DNA of 64,000 bases, from the NCBI GenBank assembly GCA_002633005.1, contig NMRA01000179.1, positions 217,954 to 281,953 on the forward strand, read 5' to 3'. Each line of letters begins with the position of its first letter. Within the stretch, counting starts at the first letter, position 1. The position numbers and the translations under genes are program-made. Origin of the DNA: Phoronis australis. Taxonomy: Eukaryota > Animalia > Phoronida. The notes beneath the pieces are model-generated. The model was not told the origin of the DNA. It did no database searches and saw nothing but the letters and a program-made list of their open reading frames with translations. This document shows, in pieces, positions 49,864 to 61,400 of the stretch.

Positions 49864-51387
49864 GGACCTTATTTCAAATGTTCAATCTACTTCAAGCATG
49901 GGAAAGTACATATGTTTATGTCAAATTAAGTAATTTGTTGCGTTGTCTAAGGTTTTCCCCTTTTATAAAACTATAAAGCTTTTTTGAACACAAATTTTAT
50001 CGCGGCTGAAGTTTCCAAAACTGGTAGACAATTTCCGTCTACTTCCGTGATGTGAGTCCTTGTACATCCCGTATCCGGCAGTGATGTCAGGGGAATGCCA
50101 CCCGATTCTTTTTACCATCTCAATCGGCCTATATACACATCGCCTGTTATACAGTCGACCTCAACTTGCCGAGAGGTGTCGCGTTAACCTGTGAGGAAGG
50201 TAAGAAACGACGCAGCGACGTCAGTGGTTCGTCTGCAGAGTAAATGCCGCTATATCGCGGTGCATCGATCCCGCTTGTCTGAACAATGAAGCTGCGAAGA
50301 AAGCGGGTATATCGTTGTTCCGACTTCCTCGAAAGACCGAAAAGACTTAGGAAGTGGCTCGTGGTAGTGAAGAATGAAAGGTACGCTGTAAATAGCAAGT
50401 ATGAGGCCGTGAAACATCTCCGTGTCTGTGGCCGGCATTTCGTCGACAGTGATTTCTCTGACGAATTTCGGCTTACCAAAGAACTATCCATACGTTCCGT
50501 TGCCTGTGCATGTTCACGGCGCCTCTGTAGTATTTCTTGATCAGTGTATTCCGGTTCAAATTGATAGCTGTGAAACCTACCGATCCGGCGTGAATTCTTC
50601 GTCGGATGAGCTCTTGACTAACTAAGTCGGGATTGGCGCCGGGCGAGTTGCCACGTAGACGTTTATTATTCTGTGTTCTGTTTCAAGATGAATTATTCTC
50701 ATCCTAACCGATGCTTATATAAAACTGAAACAAAATATGTTTTATTAGATACAATTTGTAATGCCTTTGCAGTATTTGTGAGTGCAAATGTTGAGAAGCC
50801 AGTAATGAATAAACCACTGCGTTACCGGCTTTTGGTGCCGGCAATAAAGGTAATTGACCGGGCACCGAGGCCGTGTGAGCGCATGCTAATTCAGTGTTTG
50901 CTGACAGATAGCTATTATGAAACAATTACTCGATTTTATATCTATGGTCACTTGTTAGGGGAATCTTTATTCAGAAATACACATACATTATTGAAATCAT
51001 TGTTACTGGTCTGTGGAAGGGGAACCCGACTTCGCGGCCCCCGACAATTGACCTATCGCAAGCTCCGCCCCTATGCGAAAAGTCACGTGATACCCGACAT
51101 TCGAACGAGATGTCAGAGGCAAATACACTGTCGCTAAACGACGTTCCTGGTGGAATCGATGAGAGTTTTTGCACTATTTGAAAACGCGTCGGCAGAGACA
51201 AGAGGCGATGCTTTTCACTAGTGAATCTTACGTTCATGATATGGGAATTTATAAAGGTGACGATGAAAAAATAAGAGTTCGAGGAGCCAGCGAAAATCCG
51301 AAGGACCCCTCGGCCTCGGGGCCACCTTCACCTGACAAATGACAAGGCCACTGACACGATATGTTCGTGTAAAGCTGGGTATGTACC
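49864..51387. mobile_element. Internally deleted Kolobok-like transposon (THAP N-terminus on +, KolX-like N-terminus on -)
   Basis: Frameshifted THAP at about 50257-50480: RCIDPACLNN...ISLFRLP / RKWL...VCGRHFVDSDF. On the minus strand, SYQFEPEYTDQEILQRRREHAQATERMDS (YQFEPEY at 50546-50566). The right end is GTACC|TTAA. The left end (TTAA|GG at 49864) is uncertain. Confidence 0.6.
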
Positions 51388-51742
51388 TTAAAGTAAAATT
51401 ATCTGTACGATTCCATAGATTTCATGATCTTTCGAATAAAATCAGTGGAGATTCACCGATATTTTTATTCTGTCGTCTGCTAAATTTCGCCAAATGAAAA
51501 GTAGGTCACAACTGGTGGGACTCCTGGAGTAAAGTAGGTCATAGATTACAGACAACACATGCACTATAGTGTCTGACTAGGTCGACTCGATAGCACTGTT
51601 TACGCTTTTCTAATCTTGTAACGAAATATTTCGATAAAAAAATTCAGGTTCATAGCTCAGGTACACACTCATCTCGTCCTGGCCAAACAGTTAGCTCCGG
51701 TAGGTTTAGGGCTGTGTCTAAGTAAAATTAATGCCTGAAATT

Positions 51743-51777
51743 CAGTGGCGGATCTAGGATACCACAGGGGGGGGCAA
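51743..51777. mobile_element. Left end of a hAT-like MITE running into a gap
   Basis: CAGTGGCGGATCTAGGATACCACAGGGGGGG, then N. Confidence 0.7.
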
Positions 51778-52432
51778 NNNNNNNNNNNNNNNNNNNNNNN
51801 NNNNNNNNNNNNNNNNNNNNNNNNNNNNNNNNNNNNNNNNNNNNNNNNNNNNNNNNNNNNNNNNNNNNNNNNNNNNNNNNNNNNNNNNNNNNNNNNNNNN
51901 NNNNNNNNNNNNNNNNNNNNNNNNNNNNNNNNNNNNNNNNNNNNNNNNNNNNNNNNNNNNNNNNNNNNNNNNNNNNNNNNNNNNNNNNNNNNNNNNNNNN
52001 NNNNNNNNNNNNNNNNNNNNNNNNNNNNNNNNNNNNNNNNNNNNNNNNNNNNNNNNNNNNNNNNNNNNNNNNNNNNNNNNNNNNNNNNNNNNNNNNNNNN
52101 NNNNNNNNNNNNNNNNNNNNNNNNNNNNNNNNNNNNNNNNNNNNNNNNNNNNNNNNNNNNNNNNNNNNNNNNNNNNNNNNNNNNNNNNNNNNNNNNNNNN
52201 NNNNNNNNNNNNNNNNNNNNNNNNNNNNNNNNNNNNNNNNNNNNNNNNNNNNNNNNNNNNNNNNNNNNNNNNNNNNNNNNNNNNNNNNNNNNNNNNNNNN
52301 NNNNNNNNNNNNNNNNNNNNNNNNNNNNNNNNNNNNNNNNNNNNNNNNNNNNNNNNNNNNNNNNNNNNNNNNNNNNNNNNNNNNNNNNNNNNNNNNNNNN
52401 NNNNNNNNNNNNNNNNNNNNNNNNNNNNNNNN
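51778..52432. other. Assembly gap
   Basis: Run of N. Confidence 1.
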
Positions 52433-52787
52433 TTTTAGTGACAACAGCTCGACCAAGGCTTTGAGTTCCGGCAGTAATCCAGTGCCCTTCCCTGTGCATG
52501 CCGATCGAATCTCTGAATTTTGACCGGGAGAGAAGTTCAGTTGAACGCCAGCTTACGGTTTATGAATAACAAAAATGTACCTCTGATACGAAACAAAATA
52601 ATGTCCATTAGGTTGAAATAAATAAAAAACATGAAATAAAAATGTCCTTGAAAACAACAATTTCCGGGGACTACCGCTAGAGTGCTGAGATCCAGCAGGT
52701 GCCGAGACAAAGGCGGCCAGACGTAGCCAACTCGGGAGTCAAAATCTGAGATAGCCCTGTACCATACCCACCAAGCTGAAAATGCGT

Positions 52788-53827
52788 AACTTGGAACTAA
52801 TATATTTGTGTTTATAATAGCCTTCGAGTTATCAAGCAACATCGCTAAGTTCAGCTGCTCGTGTGGCTGTACAGTTTGATCTGACGCTTTTCAACATCAT
52901 TTTTTGGCTTAGGACATGCCAAAAAATGACGGGATGTTATTCTGGAGCAGCATAACGGCTGTTGGTGCTGCACACATCATATCAACACCGTTTCCCCTTT
53001 CTTAGCGGACAATTTCCTGAGCTATACACTAAAGTAAGTTTTACTCGACTGCGTGTGGTTTGTCGGGTAAAATGGCGGCTTGGAAACGCAGACGAAGGTG
53101 TGCCAAGAATGCTGCGTTCTGATTGGTCAATTAAGCCGTCCGTCATAATCCTGGCGATAGGTCAATTAGTAAGTATATTTTCAGTTTCGTGGCTAATTCC
53201 CATTATTTCTTTGGCTCACTATTATAGTGTTTTCCTGACTGGAGGTTTAGTTTCCAACTCAAGCTGGTTTATGTTCGTGCCAGTCCCGGCGGCCGCGACG
53301 GGCCTGATCGGGTTCCAATCCCTGATCGGGATAACAAGCGTTTTGTGTGTTTAGAACTCAAAAAATCATAAGTCTAAACAACACAGGTTTAGGTTCTCCT
53401 GTATGTATTTCACGGAAGAATACTTCGAATTTATCTCCGAACAGGCCCCTAAATCCTGCTTTGGACCTTGGTAAATTGGCCTGCCGAACTTTTTGTAGGC
53501 TACGGTGTGTCCAAATACCAATAAATCCGTAACAGCAAAATAAAACAACACCTTTTTATAAGAACTCGGTGTATTTTTAAGGGTTTTACATCGAAGCTCG
53601 AGTATTTATTGGTGCTAAACGATGAATTCAAGCGAAAACCTGACACCAGTAACCCTTTTGTGAACTGTTGAGCAGACTGCCTGTGAAACCAATTACGTCA
53701 TTGGATAATTTCAACACCTCCGTCTGCCTTCAGGTGTCAGGTAACGCAACCGAACGTGCCGTTATCGAGTAGAACTACTCGATCTAAATTGATACAAAAT
53801 GGGTTGATTTTTTGGGTGGCATACTCC
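52788..53827 (-). mobile_element. Decayed THAP-bearing DNA transposon remnant with a Kolobok-like end
   Basis: Minus strand 52993 to 52788 reads, across stops and frameshifts, KRC*YDVCSTNSRY...PKPKNDVEK...PHEQLN...KYISSK (THAP-like). A terminus GTGGCATACTCCT|TTAA lies at about 53830. The other end is probably in the gap. Confidence 0.4.
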
Positions 53828-54051
53828 TTTAACTAAAACCAAGTCGTGATAAGCCACTTATATTGGACCCTGGCACCCAAATTACTTGTTCACCGTACCC
53901 GCACTTTCTCAAACGGCATGCAAGTCACCAAGTCGATCACACGGGGCTAATGCCGGGTTTATACTTTGCATGCTTTTGTTCGATAATCCCACTTCTTGCA
54001 TCAAACATCATATACATGCCTTCCACCAAACTTTTAGTTCACCATTCCTAG

Positions 54052-55318
54052 ACAAGAGCAACACAGAGCGTTGAAATGCGCCCACGAATGCACCGCAAAC
54101 GATGTGCTTCTAGAGTTATTCATTTCTATCATGAAAATTGCCACTAGATGGCGCAACACGTCCACTCCATCTGAAAAGGGAACATGCCATCGGTTCTTCA
54201 ATAGAAAGCTACTTACCAAATTTCCTAAAAATCTGTCAAGGAACTTCAGAGAAGCAAGGGAAAACGGAAAAAAATGAAATTGCCACTAGGGGTCACAGCG
54301 TCCGCCTCAAAGTCGTCGTCTATTGTACATGTGAGCTTCATATACATGTAAATACACTTACTAAATTTAATAAAGATCCTGGAGATACAGCTACGGCCTC
54401 AAAACAAAACAAAACAATACCACCACTAGAACGTGCCACAGTAACCGAAGTTGTCAGCATAGCCAACCTCTTCACACTGTGTACACGTCAATTTTCAAAA
54501 TCATTCTTGGAATGGTTTGGTTGTTAGAGGGGTGGACGCCAAAACACAGACTCGAAAACAGTAAAAATGGCCACTAGGTGGCACAAAATACCTAGAATGC
54601 ATCCGGAAATTTGAGGAGGGTGTCATCTCACCAATAGGTGCTTATATTCCAAATTTTATGAAAATACATTGAGGACCTTTGAACGTACAAATGTAAATGT
54701 AAAAAAATTAAACTGCCACTAGGGGTGCACTGGTTATTTTATTCCATGCGAAAGTCCGTTGCCACCATCATATAAATACACTTACTAATTTTAGTAATGA
54801 TCCTGCTAACTAGGAGGCGCCACAGTAGTTGAAGTCATCGCAAAATCATCGTCAGCCATCCTCTTGATGGTAAGAACATACATGCCAATTTTCGCAATCA
54901 TCCTTGGAGCCGTTTGGTTGATAGAGGGGTGGACGCCAAAAAAACAGACTCGAAAACAGTAAAAATGGCCACTAGGTGGCACAAACTATGTCAAATCCAT
55001 CCGAAAACGAGAGGATAGTTTCATCTCACTAATAGATGCCTATATTCCAAATTTTATGAAAATACGTTAAGTACTTCCGAAGATACAGAGGTAAGCGTAA
55101 AAAACTAAAATTGCCACTAGGGGGCACACTGGTAGTCGGAGAGGTCCGAAAATCGTAGTCATCGGTTGTGAGCTTCATAGAAACACAACTGCCAAACCTC
55201 ATCAAGATCATGTGAGGGGTTTAGAAGATACATCTGCGGACGCCGGACGCCCGGACAGACAGAGATGACGGCAATATGCGACCACATACAAATAGGCCCT
55301 TATGTGGGCGCACAAAAA
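54052..55318 (-). mobile_element. Helentron-associated (HINE/DINE-1-like) non-autonomous element with central tandem repeats
   Basis: SubTIRs TGCGCCCAC (54077-54085) and GTGGGCGCA (55304-55312), a T-run at the 5' end (minus sense), GTCY-type short repeats at about 55237-55260, a 3' hairpin CAACGC-TCT-GTGTTG ending ...CTCTTGT, and internal ~400-bp repeats. Confidence 0.7.
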
Positions 55319-55959
55319 TGCGATGGAATTTAAAAAACATCATTTTAGAGCTAATTTTCTCAGTTTCAAAATAAAGGAGAATAGTTAGTGGTACGTTTTT
55401 GTGTCCAAAAGGCATCTTTTCAATAGGTTTAAATCTAAAAACATGTGCCGAGTTGATGAACGGAGTTAACACGAATCTGTCACCTGGCATGAAGAAAATT
55501 ATAGTAGCATCGTTTCCAGGCGATTGAACAGTTGCCGTTCTCAGTCTGTCAGTGACCATCATAAGAGTCGTATGTGTTCGCCATCCAAGGCAACTGTTGC
55601 CAGTGAGTGAACATGGCCTTTAGATGACACAGAATACAGTAAGTCGAACTCGTCCAAAAACAGGAAGGTGTCGTCGACTCCCGAAAATTCGTCAGAGAAC
55701 TTAAATAATATTACAGAGGGAACACACAAAAACATTTTTCCATTGCAGTATTCGAATCTGTATATTTGTTGTCGAGGAGAAAGACATTTCCAAACTTTAA
55801 AAAAACCTTTAAAAGCGGTTATAAAGACACTACTGGAAAAAATGTCATCAGAGGCACCACAGTAGTGAGGACCCATGTGAAACCATGGAAGTCGTGTTTC
55901 TTGTCAATAAGAACACATCTGTCAATTTTCAGTTTGGCGTACAGAGGCAGATTTCTAAA

Positions 55960-56600
55960 ATAATATTATGTATATGGTTACTAGGTAGCACAAAATATGT
56001 CAAATCCAACCCAAAACGGAAAGATGCAGTCGACTTCATAACAGAAACACATTTTTCAGATCTCAAATCACAGAAATACTCTGCCAAAGATGCAAAGACA
56101 AACGAGAAAATAAATTTTCACTAAGGGCACCTCGGTAGTCAGAGTCGTTCAAATGTCCGGGGCACCCGTAAATACATTTATACTGTAGGTCAACACTTGG
56201 AAAAATCTCACAGTCAAATACCCTGCAGCGAGATACAACCGTGGTCGCAAAAACGACAAAACCACCAACAGGGGTGTCACAGTTGTCAAACACATCCAAA
56301 CATCAACGTCAGCCACCGTCATTTCATCATAGATACACCTAGAATCAGAAAAAAGTGCCTGCTAGGGGCTGGAAAAGTACATTGAATCCATCCGAAAATG
56401 GAACGGCACCGCCTTTTGCTTGATGGAAACCTATTTGCCACTTTGAAAATTAGTCAAGTAACTCCTAAGATACAGAAACAAACGTAAACATCAGCTAAAA
56501 TAGGCACAGCGGTGGTTGGATAACGATAATGTGCAACTACTCATGTATACATGTACATGTGTGTGCGTGTGTGTGCGGGCCCATACAAATCTAATAAAGG
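55960..56600. repeat. Degenerate copies of the HINE central repeat
   Basis: ACTAGGTAGCACAAA...GTCAAATCCA, CACTAAGGGCAC...GTAGTC and AATCCATCCGAAAA resemble 54570-55140. Ends near a (GT)n tract. Confidence 0.45.
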
Positions 56601-57275
56601 ATCGCTATGACCGCGGATATTGATATCCATCACATGCATTCAAGACAAGGTCTGTATTTTTGCTACAGCAAGACTGAAACAAATATTTGCATCAATCACG
56701 AGTGGGAGCAGACATACATGTATACATGTAGACAATTGCTCTCTATGTGGCACTGGGTTCCATGCTAGTGAAAACCGAATTATCGTATATTTAATCAATG
56801 ATTACACACTCAGTGACCTAAAGTGGCCTACTTAGCTGTGTTGGCTTACGTAGTAAATGATTATTAGCCAAGTTTAAAGAAAATGGTTCCAACTTAAGCC
56901 TTTATTCGAGCCCCTAAACAGAGATTAATGGCAGTTTTAGGAAATGGTGATGTGTTTTGTTTGTTTCTAGCACGATCTTGTATGCATGATTCATAGGTTA
57001 GTAGGTGGTTCGTGAGTAAGGTGCGATGCTCGTGCGTATGATTCTATGGCACCCCTGACTCCACTTAAACGTCCGACAACGTCAAAGCTAACCACTACTT
57101 ACGGTGTTTCCAAAACTATTACAAGCATTAAATTAAGCTGCAACCATCTTTGAACGAGAAAATACCACCAACAACTAACGTGTTTGAACTCAATGTAAAC
57201 GTTCCCATTTTCTGGCTTGTTATGTAATTGCAAACCTCGTTACAAATCCCTATTGTGACTTTTTTCTGCATTTAA

Positions 57276-58241
57276 ACAGTACACACCATGGATTTTTGCA
57301 CATTTTGAATTACCGGTGGCCACAAACTAAATGTATGACGTAAAAGTTAGCTAAACCCATGTTTATTTTGTGTAATTAGCTCAAAATTTTGATTTTTCTT
57401 TCAATTTTGCCAATTTTCACATTTCCCGCCATGTGACGTCATGGGTTGAACACAAGAGATTCGTAACTAGCATTGAACAATGGCGGAAAGCAGGGAATTT
57501 GAAAGCGACGACGATTATGAGCAAAAATTGAACGAATACTATGAAGAAACGTACGGGAATGGTGGCCAGGATGAGGAAATGGGGTTGCACGAAAGCGAGA
57601 ATAAGTTTAATGTGCTTCCGGCTGCGTACTTTTCTACTTTGAGCCTTATGAACTGGATCCTCCCGCGAGAGAAGCGGCCTCGGGCTCGGCGAGTCAACCC
57701 AGTCATCCAACAGACGATCCTGAACTAAGAGCTGATGTTTCTGAATGATAAATATTGTCCTTTATTGAACCAGGCCTTCATCGTAACGTCTCTTGTGACT
57801 GGAGTCGAAACGCGAGTCCTCAAAGTGGGCAGAACACAGAGTGGCCCCGGACAGAATCGCTTGGTCCACGATGACGTCCCACACTCTCGTTCGGCGCACG
57901 AAGCGATGCCACTTCTGCGCAACTTTGGTATCCTTCGGAACACCGAGACGTTCTCCGCCTGGCTACTGTTGCTGCAGCCTCCGGAAACACATCTTTTGAT
58001 CCCTCTGCGAACCTTCTCGACGCTAAATGTATTTTGCTTTCTCTTCACTCAATACACTTTGCATAACTCTCTGATCCGAACAGTATGGCGAACGACTTGG
58101 GTTCAACCCATGACGTTGTACATAATTTTTTTTTTCAATTTTTGCGTGTTTCTTTATGAGCTGTGCACTAAAGGCACTGAAATCTAGTAAAATATAATAA
58201 TAAAATTTATTTTGAGGTACAAGAGTCATGTTGTGTACACT
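57276..58241. mobile_element. Internally deleted Kolobok transposon (KolX N-terminus on +, THAP N-terminus on -), TTAA TSD
   Basis: TTAA|ACAGTACACACCATG ... CATGTTGTGTACACT|TTAA. Plus strand: MAESREFESDDDYE...YFEPYELDPP...ELRADVSE (frameshifted). Minus strand: KRCVSGGCSNS...VSVF / PKDTKVAQKWHRFVRRTR...TLCSAHFEDSRFD (THAP, frameshifted). Confidence 0.75.
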
Positions 58242-58393
58242 TTAAACTTATCCATTCGTAACTAAAAGGACCCGCTGTGGACGGGGAAACCCGGATATGG
58301 AATTTGTTGTGCTTCCATGATGTTATACAAGTCATTTTGAAGGAGAACTCTTGGAGTATCCAAAAGTATCAGTTGCCACCCTTTTCCTGTTTT

Positions 58394-58396
<3 letters not shown>

Positions 58397-58464
<68 letters not shown>
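58397..58464. repeat. (AT)n microsatellite, ~34 units
   Basis: Pure AT dinucleotide run. Confidence 0.98.
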
Positions 58465-58466
<2 letters not shown>

Positions 58467-61400
58467 TTTCGTATTAATGGTCCCCCGTCTCGGAAGGGGT
58501 CCTCTTCTGAAGGGGAGGGGACAACTTTACCTTCTATAAATCCAGCATTGCCATGATGATGTGCGGAAAAGTGTTTCATAAGTTCTCAATAGAATCATGT
58601 AAAGCGCTATGCTCTTCTTCTGTGATAACGTGATTGATAAATTGATTTTATGTACAAAACACAAACAAAATGAATTTAATGTTTATATTGTATTCATAGG
58701 AAATTCTTCATATCTTACAAGTTATGTTTATATCTTGGGTCAGATTGGTTTCTTCTGCCATTTGGTGTTGAAACTCGACATAACGATGACGAATCATCAA
58801 CAAAAGCCTCGTCCAATGAAAGCGCAGAGTGCACAGAGTAATGACAGAGACTGCGTCGAAGCTAACGAACTGCCAACTGCAGACCTCTCGGCTGCTACCG
58901 GCTGGGGCAGGGCTCTTGGCGCGTCCTTCGCAATGTTCTTTGATCCGGCTGCAAACAGTATTGATTCGTATATTAAAAGTAAACAGTGGTGACTTTCTGC
59001 TCAAAGTGTACGTACCGCAATATGAACGCTCAAATGGTCATCCCAGTATAAATGGTTTCAATGCAAATTCCGGTCCCATGGAAAATACTAAAATTTAAAG
59101 CGGCTATCAACTCGTGTTGCGTCAACGAAGCGAACATTTAAATTGACCAATTTCTGCTGAAAAATACAATGTAGATGTCAACTTATTCCTAGCTCAAATG
59201 GGAAGCGATTTAAGGGTCTGCAAAGAACTGGCACTTTTTCGTTATTTCTTGAGACCATGGGGTACATGCAATGATAACCATCCAACGTGTACTGTATAGT
59301 GTGCTCTCAAGCAATAACGAACAATAAGTTTTTATAAACCCTCGGATAATTTCTAGCATGACAAAATGATCAATTTGAGACCAACTCCATAACTGTTAGT
59401 TGTCTAAATTAAAAGTTGGTTTTGGCGATGAGAGATGGGTTTATAGTCGCGTTACAACTTCACTGTAAATAGGGAGGAGACTGTCGAGGATTCAAAGAAC
59501 AAAGCATGGTCGACAGCTTACATTACAATTCTATTAGGTTTGGAAAAGATTTGGTTAAAATGAACCACTACGATACAGAATATAGGTAGCACACAATTAA
59601 ATCAGACATTTCTTCGGAACATGTCTGATTTGATTCCTATTTTAACGTCACCAGACGACTGTTAAGTGAATTCCAAATAAATGGTTCATAACAGCCAGAG
59701 CAACAAGCAAAATGTATTTAAGAGAATGTTAGCTAGCTCACCGGAAGAGGCTGCCGGACCTCCCCTCACACTTCCGCCATCACCGGGCTTGTCGCAAAAC
59801 GGCGGTTGGTACCCATCGTCACAATGGCATTCTCCTTTGTTGTTACAAACCTAGCGATACAAAGGTACCCCGTTCGCATTACGACTGAAATGTTAGCTCT
59901 CGAAATGTTTAGACAAACTAAGTATATAGAACATATGACTATGTAGTAGCTCGATCACTCATACTTCTGTTCTCCGATGGCTAACGGAGAGCGGTGTCAT
60001 GCGATGATGTTGACCGGACGAAAGAGGTCGGTATACTCAGGAAATCGTGAATACCAACCGTGCATACTCAGACAACAGACGGCAGCAGTGCATAAAATTA
60101 GGTAGAACACTGTCAACGCAATAGTATAAGAGACAAAGAAATTAGAGAAAAGAAGCATAATTAGCACTATAGTGTATAACAAGGTATATCTGATCACATC
60201 GAGCCTGGGAGAGCAATGTTGCCTGAGGCCGATCTCAACTTCATGATTGGTTCGAATTCGAATAAAAATTAAATGCATTATTTCACAATGGATTGAACAT
60301 CAATGTAGGTAACTCGAAACAAACATACTAACGCGCATCATATAACTCTAGACCTGGAATGCCAACTCTGATCTCGCGGCGCCGAAGTTGCGCCGCGCAC
60401 GACATGCGTGAGATTAATTGCATTCATTGGCTCCGGTGTGTGCATTTGCTATGGAATTTACTGCGACTAAAACTTTTCTCAACCCCCGCGGTTTTTCAAC
60501 CGAACTGCATAAGAGTCATATCTTTAGAAAGCCCTTTGTAAGTTCTTAATGATAATATCAGAAGCAAAAGATAAGTGATTTTGTTAATAAATATATATGA
60601 TTTCACATACCTGAATAGTTTACAAAAATATTTTTTGATTCTAAAAACCAAGAGTGCTACCAAAATGCGAAAAATAACAGCCTGAAATAGTAACATAAAC
60701 AAGGAAATTAACACGGCATATGGACAACAGGTAAACTTTGCACAAATGAATTACATGTATTATAGGAACAATTGAAAACACCAATAATACGCAAACACGC
60801 ACACGCACACGTAGTTGGAATTACAGGACTAACTAGAGTTCTATGAGCGCATGGAAAACTATGCTTAAAACTAATAAATCTCCATTTTCAACTGTACAAC
60901 CGGCTAACAACACAATCATCGAGTGTTTCTAAAACAAGGGCGCACCAATGAACGGTACGACTGGTGAGAGGTGATAACTAAATCTTATCGTACATCTGAG
61001 AGCAAGTGTATGTTTCATTTTAGTGAAATCACTGAGATGTTTCCATGACAATTTTTATTACCAATTACCAAGGAAATATTTGACACATGCATCCAGACAA
61101 GTGCTGCAAATAACTCCAATTTTAGTCAACGCGCAGTTTTAATAGGAAAGTTGAGCAAGACGTCGTAGTTGTCAAGAAGTTGCCCGACATCTGAGCCCCG
61201 GACAACTGAGCACTGGATATCAGAATACCGGTCATCAATGTATTGAGATGACAGAGTCAGCAAGGTTCAAACTTGTTTTGCACTGGCTAAGAAGGCTACA
61301 TGTAGTTTGCACACACAGAAAAATAAGTTGTGAGAGATAATCTTATAAAGAAGCTAATTGACATAATTGGCGAACTTACTCCATGACTGTTGCAGTCACA

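Noticed and set aside
58262-58579. ORFs with YIYIYI runs
   Set aside because: These are translations of the (AT)n microsatellite.
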